Shown here piece after piece: positions 9,887-18,796 of a DNA stretch of 64,000 nucleotides. The stretch's first letter is position 1. Each line of letters starts with the position of its first letter. The notes under the pieces were generated by a model. That model worked only from the letters and a program-made list of their open reading frames with translations, was not told the DNA's origin and did not search any database. Made by a program: the position numbers and the translations under genes. The stretch is from Planctomycetota bacterium (GTDB lineage Bacteria; Planctomycetota; B15-G4): NCBI GenBank assembly GCA_038212275.1, contig JBBQUR010000009.1, positions 159,293 through 223,292 of the forward strand. The letters are read 5' to 3'.

Positions 9887-11803
9887 ATGCCCAGCAAGAC
9901 ACCTTTTCTGCAGACCCTTTCCGAGCGCGTCATCCTCGGGGACGGCGGCATGGGCAGCGAGATCTACGCGCGCGGCGTGTTCATCAACCGCTGCTACGAC
10001 GAGCTGAACCTGTCGGGCGCCGCGCTCATCCGCGGCATCCACCACGACTTCGTGAAGGCAGGCAGCGAACTCATCGAGACCAACACCTACGGCGCCAACC
10101 GGCCGAAGCTCGCGGCGCACGGCCTCGAGGGCCGCATGTCGGACATCCTGCGTGCCGGCGTTGCACTGGCGCAGGAGGAAGCCGGCGGCCGCGCCTACGT
10201 GGCGGGGAGCATGGGTCCGCTCGGACCGGCCGCCAAGGAAGCGGGCTTCGGCGACAAGGCGCAGCAGGACGCCTACGCGGAGGTCGCCGTCGTGCTTGCC
10301 GATGCCGGCGCAGACCTGCTCTTCCTCGACACGTTCACGAGCCTGCCCGACCTGCACCGCGCCATCCTCGCGTGTCGTGCGGTGACGGACCTGCCGGTGG
10401 TGGCCAGCTTCTCCTTTCACCGCGGCTTCATCATGGGCAGCAACGACTTCCTCGTGCAGCCCGAGGACCTCGTGGCCACCGTGCTGCGCAGCGGCGCGCA
10501 CGTCATCGGGGCCAATTGCGGCGACGGCCCGCACATGACGCTCGACGTCGTGGAGCGGCTCATCGATGCCGGACTGCCTGTCGCGGCGATGCCGAACGTC
10601 GGCGGCCCGGCGCTCATCGAAGGGCGCTCGGTCTATCTCTCCAGCCCCGAGTACATCGCCGAGTACAGCCGGCGCTTCGTGCAGAAGAAGGCGCGCCTCA
10701 TCGGCGGCTGCTGCGGCGTGACGCCCAGCCAGATCCACGAGGTCTCCAGCTTCCTGCTTTCCATCCAGCCGCGGTCCGCGCGGCGCTCGCGGATCGCGGA
10801 CGCGACGCCGGCCGAAGAGGCCGCCACCGCCGCGAGCGACGCGGTGCCCGCGACGCCGGCCGACGTGCCTGTGCCGCGCATGCAGCCGATTCCGCTCGCG
10901 GAGCGCAGCGTGTGGGGGAGCAAGATCGGCGGCAGCTTCTCGGTGAGCGTCGAGCTGGACCCGCCGCCGGGCCTCGACGCAACGCCGTCCATCGAGCACG
11001 CCAAATTCCTCCGCGACGCGGGCATCGATGCGGTGAACATCGCCGACGGCCCGCGCGCGATCGCGCGCATGGGGCCGCTCGCGCTGGCCATGCAGGTCAA
11101 GCTGCAGGTGGGTCTGGAGACGATCACGCACTACTGCTGCCGCGACCGCAACGTGCTCGCGATGCAGATGGATCTCATCGGCGCCAACGCGCTGGGCCTG
11201 CGCAACCTCATGCTCATCACCGGCGATCCGCCGAAGATGGGCAACTTCCCCGACGCCACCGCGGTCTTCGACGTGGACAGCATCGGGCTCATCGGCTTCG
11301 CGAACGAACTCAACCACGGCATCGACCTCGGCGGCAAGCCGCTTGGCGACCGCACGGGTTTCGTCATCGGCACCGGCTGCAATCCGGGCGCGATGGACCT
11401 GGAGCGCGAGGTCGCGCGCTACGCGGCGAAGATCGAGGCCGGCGCGGAGTACGTCTTCAGCCAGCCGGTCTATGACCCGGCGCTGCTCGACCGCTTCCTT
11501 GCCGCGACGGCGCACGTGAAGCGCGTGCCCTTCTTCGTCGGCATCCTGCCGCTGGCCAGCCTCAAGAACGCGGAGTTCCTGACGCGCGAGGTGCCGGGCA
11601 TGGCGGTGCCCGAAAACGTGCTGAAGCGGCTGCGCGAGGCGCGCACGCGCGACGACCAGCGCGAGGTCGGCATCCGCGTGGCCACCGAGACGCTGGCGTC
11701 GGCGATCGAGCACGACCGCATCCGCGGCGCCTACATCTTTCCGCCCTTCGGCAAGTACGAGCCGATCCTGCGGGTGCTCAAGGAGTCTGGCGCGCGGGCT
11801 TGA
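9887..11803 (+). CDS. yitJ: Bifunctional homocysteine S-methyltransferase / 5,10-methylenetetrahydrofolate reductase
   Basis: N-terminal HMT domain (DGGMG, ETNTYGAN, GANC, IGGCCG) fused to an MTHFR domain (SVELDPP, CRDRN, ITGDPP, FSQPVYD). Confidence 0.92.
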   Translation: MPSKTPFLQTLSERVILGDGGMGSEIYARGVFINRCYDELNLSGAALIRGIHHDFVKAGSELIETNTYGANRPKLAAHGLEGRMSDILRAGVALAQEEAGGRAYVAGSMGPLGPAAKEAGFGDKAQQDAYAEVAVVLADAGADLLFLDTFTSLPDLHRAILACRAVTDLPVVASFSFHRGFIMGSNDFLVQPEDLVATVLRSGAHVIGANCGDGPHMTLDVVERLIDAGLPVAAMPNVGGPALIEGRSVYLSSPEYIAEYSRRFVQKKARLIGGCCGVTPSQIHEVSSFLLSIQPRSARRSRIADATPAEEAATAASDAVPATPADVPVPRMQPIPLAERSVWGSKIGGSFSVSVELDPPPGLDATPSIEHAKFLRDAGIDAVNIADGPRAIARMGPLALAMQVKLQVGLETITHYCCRDRNVLAMQMDLIGANALGLRNLMLITGDPPKMGNFPDATAVFDVDSIGLIGFANELNHGIDLGGKPLGDRTGFVIGTGCNPGAMDLEREVARYAAKIEAGAEYVFSQPVYDPALLDRFLAATAHVKRVPFFVGILPLASLKNAEFLTREVPGMAVPENVLKRLREARTRDDQREVGIRVATETLASAIEHDRIRGAYIFPPFGKYEPILRVLKESGARA

Positions 11804-11822
11804 ACGGCTCTTTTTCGCGTAC

Positions 11823-12053
11823 GCGCCGGGGGTGCTGCCCGCGCGGTGTCGTGGGGACTGTGAGTCGGGCTGAGATTGCAGTGCGCCGGCGCGGGGGCTC
11901 CGGGCCGCTTCGGTCAACGACCCGCCATGCGGGGGCGGGTGACAAAGCGTGGGGCGCTCGTGGCGGTCGGAATCTTGCGGCCCGGAGCCCCCGCGCCGCG
12001 CACGTCACTGCACGCTCGGCCGGTCGAGGGCGGGCGGGCAGCACCCCCGGCGC
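11823..12053. repeat. Non-coding element with nested perfect inverted repeats (MITE/REPIN-like or structured RNA)
   Basis: 20-bp perfect IR 11823-11842/12034-12053; 22-bp perfect IR 11887-11908/11977-11998; 7-bp inner stem 11920-11926/11934-11940. Confidence 0.8.
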
Positions 12054-12316
12054 TGCCGCTTCACGGCGCCGTTGCGACCGTGCGGAGGGTGAAGGTCTGG
12101 AAGTCCTGCCTCACGAGCATGCTCTGCTCACACTTTGGTTGCCATGACGAAGGACGGTTGTCGGGGCGCGGGAGGGGATTGAGAAGGGGCGCAGCATTGT
12201 CGCCGCGTCCTGGCGCGTGCGTTGAGGCGGAGAGAGGCGATCAGCCGTCGTCAGATCGCCGCGGCTTCGGATGATGCGAACACCTACACTCCGCTTCTCC
12301 TGATGGAGTGCCGACC

Positions 12317-12655
12317 ATGGCCAGCAAGCGCAGCCGCGTTCTGTGGGTGATCGTTCTACTCGTCGCGATCGGGCTCGTGATCGGCGGGGCGATGACGGGG
12401 CTCACGGTGTCGGCCAGCGTCGGCGGCCGGACGATCACGGCGGAGTCGGCCAACATTCTCAGCCTCGCCAAGGTCGAGGTGCGGGCCGACGGAGCCGTCG
12501 TGCACCTCGGTGACCTCGAGGTCACCGTGACGAACGATCTCGTCACGCTTCCGGATGGCGCAGGAGTCGCGATCCCCGCGGGCTGTACGCTTGTCGCGCT
12601 CAGGGAAAGCGGAGGCAGCGTGCGCGTGATGCTCGACGGCGCCGCGGCAAACTAG
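12317..12655 (+). CDS. Small membrane-anchored hypothetical protein
   Basis: GGAG RBS, ATG 12317; N-terminal TM helix followed by a beta-rich domain. Confidence 0.7.
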   Translation: MASKRSRVLWVIVLLVAIGLVIGGAMTGLTVSASVGGRTITAESANILSLAKVEVRADGAVVHLGDLEVTVTNDLVTLPDGAGVAIPAGCTLVALRESGGSVRVMLDGAAAN

Positions 12656-12747
12656 CGCCTCCCGGCGACCCGCGGCGCGGCGTGAACGAGCTCGTCGCGA
12701 TGGACCAGCGCGGCGGACCAGCGCGGCGGACCCGCGGATGCGGGGCG

Positions 12748-12786
12748 CTCAGGCGCCGACGTTGCCGATGGGCTTGACCTGGGCAC
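12748..12786 (-). repeat. Degenerate copy of ferredoxin gene 3' end (att-like direct repeat)
   Basis: ctcaggcgccgacgttgccgatgggcttgacctgggcac vs ctcaggcgccgtcgttgccgatggcctcgacc-gggcac at 16494-16531: 3 mismatches and 1 gap over 39 columns. Confidence 0.8.
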
Positions 12787-12971
12787 CCTCCCGAGGGTGG
12801 TCGCGCAGGCGTTCGACCTGCCGGACTCGGGGTAGCGCGCGCCGCGACGGCAGGGCGACGCGATGCGCCGCGGCCCCGCGTGGCAGCCACCCCGGCAGTT
12901 GCTGGACAGGTCTGCCGAGTGCAAAGCAGAATCATGCGCGCGCACACACGAACCTGCAGGAGAGGTGATCC

Positions 12972-15629
12972 ATGACTTCCCACGCCGATGCACGAGACGG
13001 ACTCGCGCGAGCCCTGTTCTTCCGAACGGCCGTCACGTTCGCCGTCGCGGCCGCGCTGCTGCTGCCGGCGAGCACCGCCCGAGCGCAGGATGCGCCCGCG
13101 GACATCAACTGGCCGCGCGTGTTCGAGAAGGATGGAAAGAAGTTCACGATCTTCCAGCCGCAGGTGGATTCGTGGAAGGATTACGAGGTGCTCCAGTTCC
13201 GCAGCGCCGTCTCCATCGAGGGCGTGCTGCCGGCGGTGACGTTCGGCGTGCTCGAGGCGCAGGCGAAGACTGTGGTCGACCACGCAACGCGGCAGGTCGC
13301 GCTCACTCCCGAGAAGCAGGAGCTGACGTTCCCCGGCGTGCCCGACGCGGATGTCGCCCTGCTGAAGGCGGCGGCCCTGGAGCTGCATCCCCCGGAGGCC
13401 GTGGTCGTCATCGCCCTCGACCGCGTGCTCGCGTACCTCGATCCCTCGGACGTGCCGCTCGAGCGCACGACCGAGGTCAACCTCGCTCCGCCGAAGATCT
13501 TCTACAGCGCGAGTCCGGCGATCCTTGTCAACATCATGGGCTTGCCGAAGTTCGTGCCCGTGGTGCCCGGCAATCGCGAGCTGTTCTTCGCGCTCAACAC
13601 GAACTGGGATCTGCTCCAGGACGTCGCCGGGAAGGGCTACTACCTGCGCGACGGAGACGGTTGGCTGACGACCAACGATGTGCTGAAGGGGCCGTGGACG
13701 CCGACGAAGGATCTGCCGGCGTCCTTCAAGTCGCTCCCGTCGGACGAGAACTGGGCCGAGACGCGCAAGCACATCCCGGGAACGCCGGCCGCGGCGGCTC
13801 CCGCGGTGTTCGTGTCCACGGCGCCGGCGGAACTGATCCTCACCGGGGGCGCGCCGGAGTTCACCCCGGTGCCGGAGACGGGACTGTCACGCCTCAGCAA
13901 CACGGACAGCGTCGTGTTCCGCGAGGGAAGCGCCGGGGATTTCTTCCTGCTTGTCGCCGGGCGCTGGTTCCGCGCGGGCAAGCTCGATGGCCCGTGGGGT
14001 GCGGCCAGCAGCGACCTGCCCGCCGACTTCGCTCTGATCCCGGATGACGATGCGTCTGCTTTCGTCAGGGCGTCCGTGCCCGGCACGGACGAGGCCACCG
14101 AAGCGGTGCTGCTCGCATCCATCCCCAATACCACGGTGGTGAACCGGAGCGACCCTCCGGTGGCGGTGACCTGGGGCGGGAAGCCGCACTTCGCGCCGAT
14201 CACCGGCACGACGGTGCAGGCCGGCACGAACACAGCGTTCAGTGTTTTCCTCGTGGACGGCGCGTACTACTGCTGCGATCAGGGCGTGTGGTTCAACGCC
14301 GGCGCCGCGACCGGGCCGTGGCAACTCTGCAGCGAGGTCGCGAAGGCCATCTACACGATCCCGCCGACGAACCCGCACTACAACGTCACCTTCGTGACCG
14401 TCGTGGAGTCCACGCCAACCACGGTGACGTTCGCGCAGACGGCGGGGTACAGCGGCGAGTACGTCGCGTCGAACGGCGTGCTCGTCTTCGGCGCCGGCAT
14501 GGACGCTTCCGAAGAGAGCGCGGACACGTCGACCGATGAGACGAGCGACGAGATGTCCGGTGATGAGTCGTACGAGGACGACTGCTACTACTATCCGGCG
14601 TACCCCTGCTACTACTCGTACGGCTGCGGCGCGCTGTACGACGATGCCTACGGCGGCTACTACGGCTCCGGCTACGACTACTACGGCCCCTACGGCGGCG
14701 CCGGATACGCCGCGGCCTACAACCCGGCGACCGGCACGTACGGGCGCGCTTCGTATGCCTACGGTCCCTACGGCAGCGCTTCCGCGCGCGCGGCCTACAA
14801 CCCGTACACAGGCGGCTTCGCAACCGGCGCGCGGGTGAATGGTGTCAACGGCTCGGCCGCGAGAGCCGCCGGCTACAACCCGGCGACGGGTGCGTACGGC
14901 AGGGGCGCGTCGGCGACGGGCCGCTACGGCAGCGCAGGCTTCGCGCATGTCGGCAACGCCAACACCGGCAAGGCGGCGACCGGCCGCACCGCGTCCACCG
15001 CAAACGGCGACGCCGCCGCGGTGAAGACGAACCAGGGCACGGGCGCCGCTGCGTGGAACACGCAGAACAGCCAGGGGGCCGTCGCCAGGACGCCGTCCGG
15101 CGATCTCTACGCCGGCACCGACGGCACCGTCTACAAGCGCGACGCTGACGGCAACTGGTCGAGCAACTCCGGCAGCGGCTGGGAGAGTGCCAACAAGCCG
15201 CAACCCACCGAGGCCGGGGCGAGCGCAGCAACATCGACGGCTCCGAGGGCCGGAGCCACCGGAGCCACCGGAGCCACCGGAGCCACCGGAGCCACCGGAG
15301 CCACCGGAGCCACCGGAGCGGCCGGAGCGGCCGGAGCATCGGGGGCGGCAGGTGCTGGCGGCGCGGCGGACAGCAGGACTTCGGGCGCGCGAGCTTCCAC
15401 CGCGGGGAGTCGCACTACGGTGGCTCAGGCCGGCGGGGCGCGCAGCTCGGGTGCGACGAAGTCCCGGAGCCGGAGCTCGAGCGACCTGGAATCCCAATTC
15501 AAGGCGCGCGACCAGGGCAACAGGAGCACCGAGCGCACGACGCAAAGCAGGTCGAGCGGAGGGTCGTCTCGCAGCCGATCCTCCGCAGGCGGCGGCCGCA
15601 GCGGCGGCGGCCGGGGCGGACGGCCGTGA
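12972..15629 (+). CDS. Secreted hypothetical protein with Tyr/Gly-rich YNP repeats and low-complexity tail
   Basis: AGGAGAGG RBS; signal peptide; WPR..FQPQVDSW N-terminus; repeated AYNPxTG; GDLYAGTDGTVYKR; Gly/Ser/Arg-rich C-terminus. Confidence 0.85.
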   Translation: MTSHADARDGLARALFFRTAVTFAVAAALLLPASTARAQDAPADINWPRVFEKDGKKFTIFQPQVDSWKDYEVLQFRSAVSIEGVLPAVTFGVLEAQAKTVVDHATRQVALTPEKQELTFPGVPDADVALLKAAALELHPPEAVVVIALDRVLAYLDPSDVPLERTTEVNLAPPKIFYSASPAILVNIMGLPKFVPVVPGNRELFFALNTNWDLLQDVAGKGYYLRDGDGWLTTNDVLKGPWTPTKDLPASFKSLPSDENWAETRKHIPGTPAAAAPAVFVSTAPAELILTGGAPEFTPVPETGLSRLSNTDSVVFREGSAGDFFLLVAGRWFRAGKLDGPWGAASSDLPADFALIPDDDASAFVRASVPGTDEATEAVLLASIPNTTVVNRSDPPVAVTWGGKPHFAPITGTTVQAGTNTAFSVFLVDGAYYCCDQGVWFNAGAATGPWQLCSEVAKAIYTIPPTNPHYNVTFVTVVESTPTTVTFAQTAGYSGEYVASNGVLVFGAGMDASEESADTSTDETSDEMSGDESYEDDCYYYPAYPCYYSYGCGALYDDAYGGYYGSGYDYYGPYGGAGYAAAYNPATGTYGRASYAYGPYGSASARAAYNPYTGGFATGARVNGVNGSAARAAGYNPATGAYGRGASATGRYGSAGFAHVGNANTGKAATGRTASTANGDAAAVKTNQGTGAAAWNTQNSQGAVARTPSGDLYAGTDGTVYKRDADGNWSSNSGSGWESANKPQPTEAGASAATSTAPRAGATGATGATGATGATGATGATGAAGAAGASGAAGAGGAADSRTSGARASTAGSRTTVAQAGGARSSGATKSRSRSSSDLESQFKARDQGNRSTERTTQSRSSGGSSRSRSSAGGGRSGGGRGGRP
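15252..15332 (+). repeat. In-frame 9-bp tandem repeat encoding (GAT)7(GAA)2
   Basis: (ggagccacc)x7 then (ggagcggcc)x2. Confidence 0.95.
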
Positions 15630-15759
15630 ACACGGGCATGAACTTCGGCGCTCTTCGCGTGCGTTGGTGTGGCGCGTCGGCGGTCACGATGCTTCGAATC
15701 CGGGTTTGATCCGCAGCTCTCCGGATGAGGTGCCCCTTGATCGTGCACGTCGGCGGCAG

Positions 15760-16236
15760 GTCATCGGCATGCGGGTAGCGCTCCCGGAATCGCCGGCGGT
15801 CCTCGTCCGTGCCGCGAGTGGCCTGCACGAAGGCCCGCCGCAGCTCGAGGAACTCATCCTCGGCCTTCCGGTTCTGGGCATCCCAGCAGGCCGGGACGCG
15901 GGGTGTCAGGAGGATGATCACTGCAGCGTTGCTCTCGGTCGTCGACTCGCTGGACAAGACGTAGTCGAGGATCGGGATCGAGCTTTGGATCGGGACCCCG
16001 GACTGGGCAGTGCGACGATCCTTCTGGCTGAGCCCGCTCAGGATCGGGCTGCGGCCCAGCGCGATGACGGCCTGGCTGGAAACCGAACCCTCGTCGAAGA
16101 TCACCGAGCCGTCTGACGACGATCCGGTGAGCACGTCGAGGATGCTCGCGCGGGACGCCTCGACCGACAAGTGGACGAGTGCGGTGCCCTCATCAGCCGA
16201 CGTTCGCAGGAGCGTCGGCGTGACCTTTTCCACGCC
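15760..16236 (-). pseudogene. C-terminal fragment of a type II/III secretin-like protein
   Basis: GVEKVTP...ILSGL...SGVPIQSSIPILDYVLS...AVIILLTPR matches the secretin C-domain pattern; N-terminal part absent; bounds approximate. Confidence 0.65.
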
Positions 16237-16460
16237 CGCGAACACGACAACGAGCACGATCGCGAGCACGACCGCACGCCGGCCTTCAGCACGTGGAGTT
16301 TCGAGACGGACAGGCCGCTGTCGCTGGAGGCCGTGCGCGCTGTCGCCCGCAAGCTGCCGGGGAGCATTTATCGCTGCAAGGGCGTCCTGAACACGTCCGA
16401 CACGCCGGCCCGGCGGACCGCGCTGCAGGTCGTCGGCCGACGCGTGGACACATCACTGCG
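16231..16460 (+). pseudogene. CobW/COG0523 GTPase C-terminal domain fragment
   Basis: His-rich HAREHDNEHDREHD then FSTWSFETDRPLSL...IYRCKG...LQVVGRR; no GTPase domain or plausible start; bounds approximate. Confidence 0.75.
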
Positions 16461-16494
16461 GGACGCGAGGGCCGCGTCCGGCTGCGCGCCGCCC

Positions 16495-16728
16495 TCAGGC
16501 GCCGTCGTTGCCGATGGCCTCGACCGGGCACTGCTCCATCGCTTCGGTGCAGAGCTTGAGGTCTTCGGGCGACTTCGGCTGGTTGTGCACGAAGTCGTGG
16601 TCGCCGTCCGCGCTCTCCTTGAAGAAGGCCGGCGCGATGTCCGAGCACAGGTGGCAGAGGATGCACTGCTTGTCCACGTAGTAGGAACCGGGGACGTTGT
16701 CGGCGTACTTTTCGGCGACGGTGGCCAT
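16495..16728 (-). CDS. Ferredoxin (single Fe-S cluster type)
   Basis: YYVDKQCILCHLC...EAMEQCPVEAIG. Confidence 0.92.
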   Translation of the reverse strand: MATVAEKYADNVPGSYYVDKQCILCHLCSDIAPAFFKESADGDHDFVHNQPKSPEDLKLCTEAMEQCPVEAIGNDGA

Positions 16729-16936
16729 GGGGGCGAGTCTCTTCTGCGTTGGGGGCCCGCGGCGGCCCGTGTGCTGGAAATGTCCGCTGCTCGGATGGAA
16801 CGAGACACTATAGCCGCGCCTCCGGAACGAGGTCCAGAGTTCGGCGGCCGGCGCGAGTCCGCGTGCGGTCGGCAGCGCCGGGTGGTGGTCGACGCGCAGC
16901 GGCCTCTCCCACCCGCGCCCACTCTGGAGCGTCAGG

Positions 16937-17401
16937 TCAGCCGAGGGGGCCGGGCGGCGCCGCCTCGACGGCCAGGCGCGTCACGAACTGGTGCACGCCC
17001 TCGGCGCGCAGGGCGCAGAGGCGCAGGCGCCGGCCGTAGAGCACGCGCACCTCGTCCAGCGCCGCGGCGTCATAGGCGCCGCTGAAGACCTGCAGCTCGT
17101 CGTCGTCCTCGTCATATTCGAGGCGTTCGGCGCGCAGCAGGTGCAGGACGCGAGCGAGCAGCAGGAGCTCGGCGTCCAGCGGGTCGGCCTCGGGCAGCAG
17201 CGCTTCGTTGACGAGCCAGGTGCCCTGTGCGCGGGGGTCGAAGACCACGCGGGCGTGCGCGTCGCGCACCTCGGCGACGACGCCGCGCCGGTCCGCGAGG
17301 TGCAGCTCCGCGTTGCTCTGCGAGCGCCGGCAACGCACCACGTCGCCGGGAGCGAATCCCGCGCGATTCCTGTGTTTGTCGGTGCCTGGGAAGCGGGCCA
17401 T
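16937..17401 (-). CDS. Hypothetical protein with SH3/KOW-like N-terminus
   Basis: 154-aa ORF in a run of minus-strand genes; FAPGDVV...GVVAEV...ARVVF pattern. Confidence 0.6.
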   Translation of the reverse strand: MARFPGTDKHRNRAGFAPGDVVRCRRSQSNAELHLADRRGVVAEVRDAHARVVFDPRAQGTWLVNEALLPEADPLDAELLLLARVLHLLRAERLEYDEDDDELQVFSGAYDAAALDEVRVLYGRRLRLCALRAEGVHQFVTRLAVEAAPPGPLG

Positions 17402-17432
17402 GGAGGAGGGACTGCCGCGCGCGGTGCGCCGC

Positions 17433-17897
17433 TCAGGAGCCCTTCGGCGGCAGCGGCGCGACCTTCGTCGCGAGCAGGCCGCCGACGATCAGCGCGATGC
17501 CGATGCCCGGATAGAGGATGCCGACGAGCCACGCCTTGATGGTCGCGTCATATGGCGCCAGGCGCAGCACGAGCCCGAAGCCGATCATGAGCAGGACGAG
17601 CACGATCATCGACGGCGCGAACACCGTCCATGCCGGCGCGTTCTCGCCGCTCTTCACGATGTTGGACACCGCGCGGCGCGCGCCCTTCTTCAGCAGCGTG
17701 AAGCCCTTGGCCAGGCCGACGACGACGCCGATGCCGAGCGCGATCCATGTGTCGTTGCCGGCGAGCCCGACGACCTCGGGGTCATGTCGCAACCCTGCGT
17801 ACGGCAGTCCGCGCACGATGAGCATGATGCCCACCGCGATCCAGACCACGGCCACGACCCAACGGCGGCCCTGCTGCGACATCGAGCTCATGCTCAT
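17433..17897 (-). CDS. Integral membrane hypothetical protein (about 4 TM)
   Basis: Hydrophobic C-terminal part of ORF 17433..18605; start at MSMSSM. Confidence 0.75.
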   Translation of the reverse strand: MSMSSMSQQGRRWVVAVVWIAVGIMLIVRGLPYAGLRHDPEVVGLAGNDTWIALGIGVVVGLAKGFTLLKKGARRAVSNIVKSGENAPAWTVFAPSMIVLVLLMIGFGLVLRLAPYDATIKAWLVGILYPGIGIALIVGGLLATKVAPLPPKGS

Positions 17898-18051
17898 CAA
17901 AGAATCCTCGGAAGGCTTCCGGCGGACAGGCTCCGGCAGGAGCGCTGCCGGGCACACCGGCGACGGGCCGCGGATGATAGCGCCGCGGAGTCGCCGGGCG
18001 CGCATCGTCCCGCCTCTTTCGCGACGCACGCGCCGGAGGACGCCGCCGGCC

Positions 18052-18111
18052 GGCCGCTGCGTGCAGGCCGCTGCATGCCGGCCGCTGCGTGCAGGCCGTT
18101 GCGTGCAGGCC
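18052..18111. repeat. 14-bp tandem repeat x4
   Basis: ggccgctgcgtgca consensus. Confidence 0.9.
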
Positions 18112-18160
18112 TTCGCTCCGCACGAACCGGCCAGGAGGTCGCGTGCGCCGATCGCCGGCG

Positions 18161-18796
18161 TCAGCCGCGCAGCGCGGCCTGCGCAGCGGTCAGGGCCGCC
18201 TCGCACGCGTCGGTGCCCCGCAGTTGAGGGAAGGGGATCGGCGCGGCGGGTTCGCGCGGCCGGTCGCCCAGGGTCAGCGCCCACCAGCCGACATCGTGCC
18301 AGGCGCCGAATTTGTGGCCGATGTGCTCGTAGTTGCCCAGCTTGCGGAACCCGAGCGACTCGTGCAGCGCGACGCTGGCGGGGTTGGGCAGCGTGATGCC
18401 CGCGTAGGCGTTCACGAAGCCCTGCTGAGCGAGCACGCTGAACAGCGCTCGATACAGCGCGCGAGCCACGCCGGTGCGACGCGCCGTCGCCGCGATGTAG
18501 GCCGAGACCTCGACGCACCACTGATAGGCCGCGCGCTCGCGGTGCGAGGTTGCGTACACGTAGCCGAGCAGCACGCCGTCGCGTTCGCACACCAGCCACG
18601 GCCAACGCTCCAGGGTCGCGCTCACGCGGCGCGCCATGGTGTCCACGTCGGGCGGTTCGAACTCGAAGCTGATGACCGTGTCCCGCACGATCGGCGCGTA
18701 GATCTCCAGAATGCCCGCCGCGTCGGCGGGCGTGGCGATGCGCACGCCGATCCCGAGGCTGTCGCGCAGGGCGTTCGTCACCGTGGCCGGGCTCAT
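18161..18796 (-). CDS. GNAT N-acetyltransferase (phosphinothricin acetyltransferase/ArsN-like)
   Basis: ILEIYAP..ISFE..P, LGYVYA..HRERAAY, RRTGVARALY, NPASVALHESLGF, GHKFGAWHDVGWW; ATG overlaps the upstream stop (ATGA). Confidence 0.9.
   Translation of the reverse strand: MSPATVTNALRDSLGIGVRIATPADAAGILEIYAPIVRDTVISFEFEPPDVDTMARRVSATLERWPWLVCERDGVLLGYVYATSHRERAAYQWCVEVSAYIAATARRTGVARALYRALFSVLAQQGFVNAYAGITLPNPASVALHESLGFRKLGNYEHIGHKFGAWHDVGWWALTLGDRPREPAAPIPFPQLRGTDACEAALTAAQAALRG

Noticed and set aside
9467..11917. Long antisense or alternate-frame ORFs (also 7266..9287, 21179..22951, 46570..50217, 54523..56115 and others)
   Set aside because: Shadow ORFs of well-supported genes in high-GC DNA; Arg/Ala/Pro-rich with no motifs
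12787..16493. Active mobile element
   Set aside because: No integrase, transposase or transfer genes, and the flanking repeats have diverged; reported only as a remnant
16171..17085. Intact 304-aa gene containing the CobW segment
   Set aside because: Only ~75 aa are CobW-like; the remainder is antisense to the ferredoxin and the next gene
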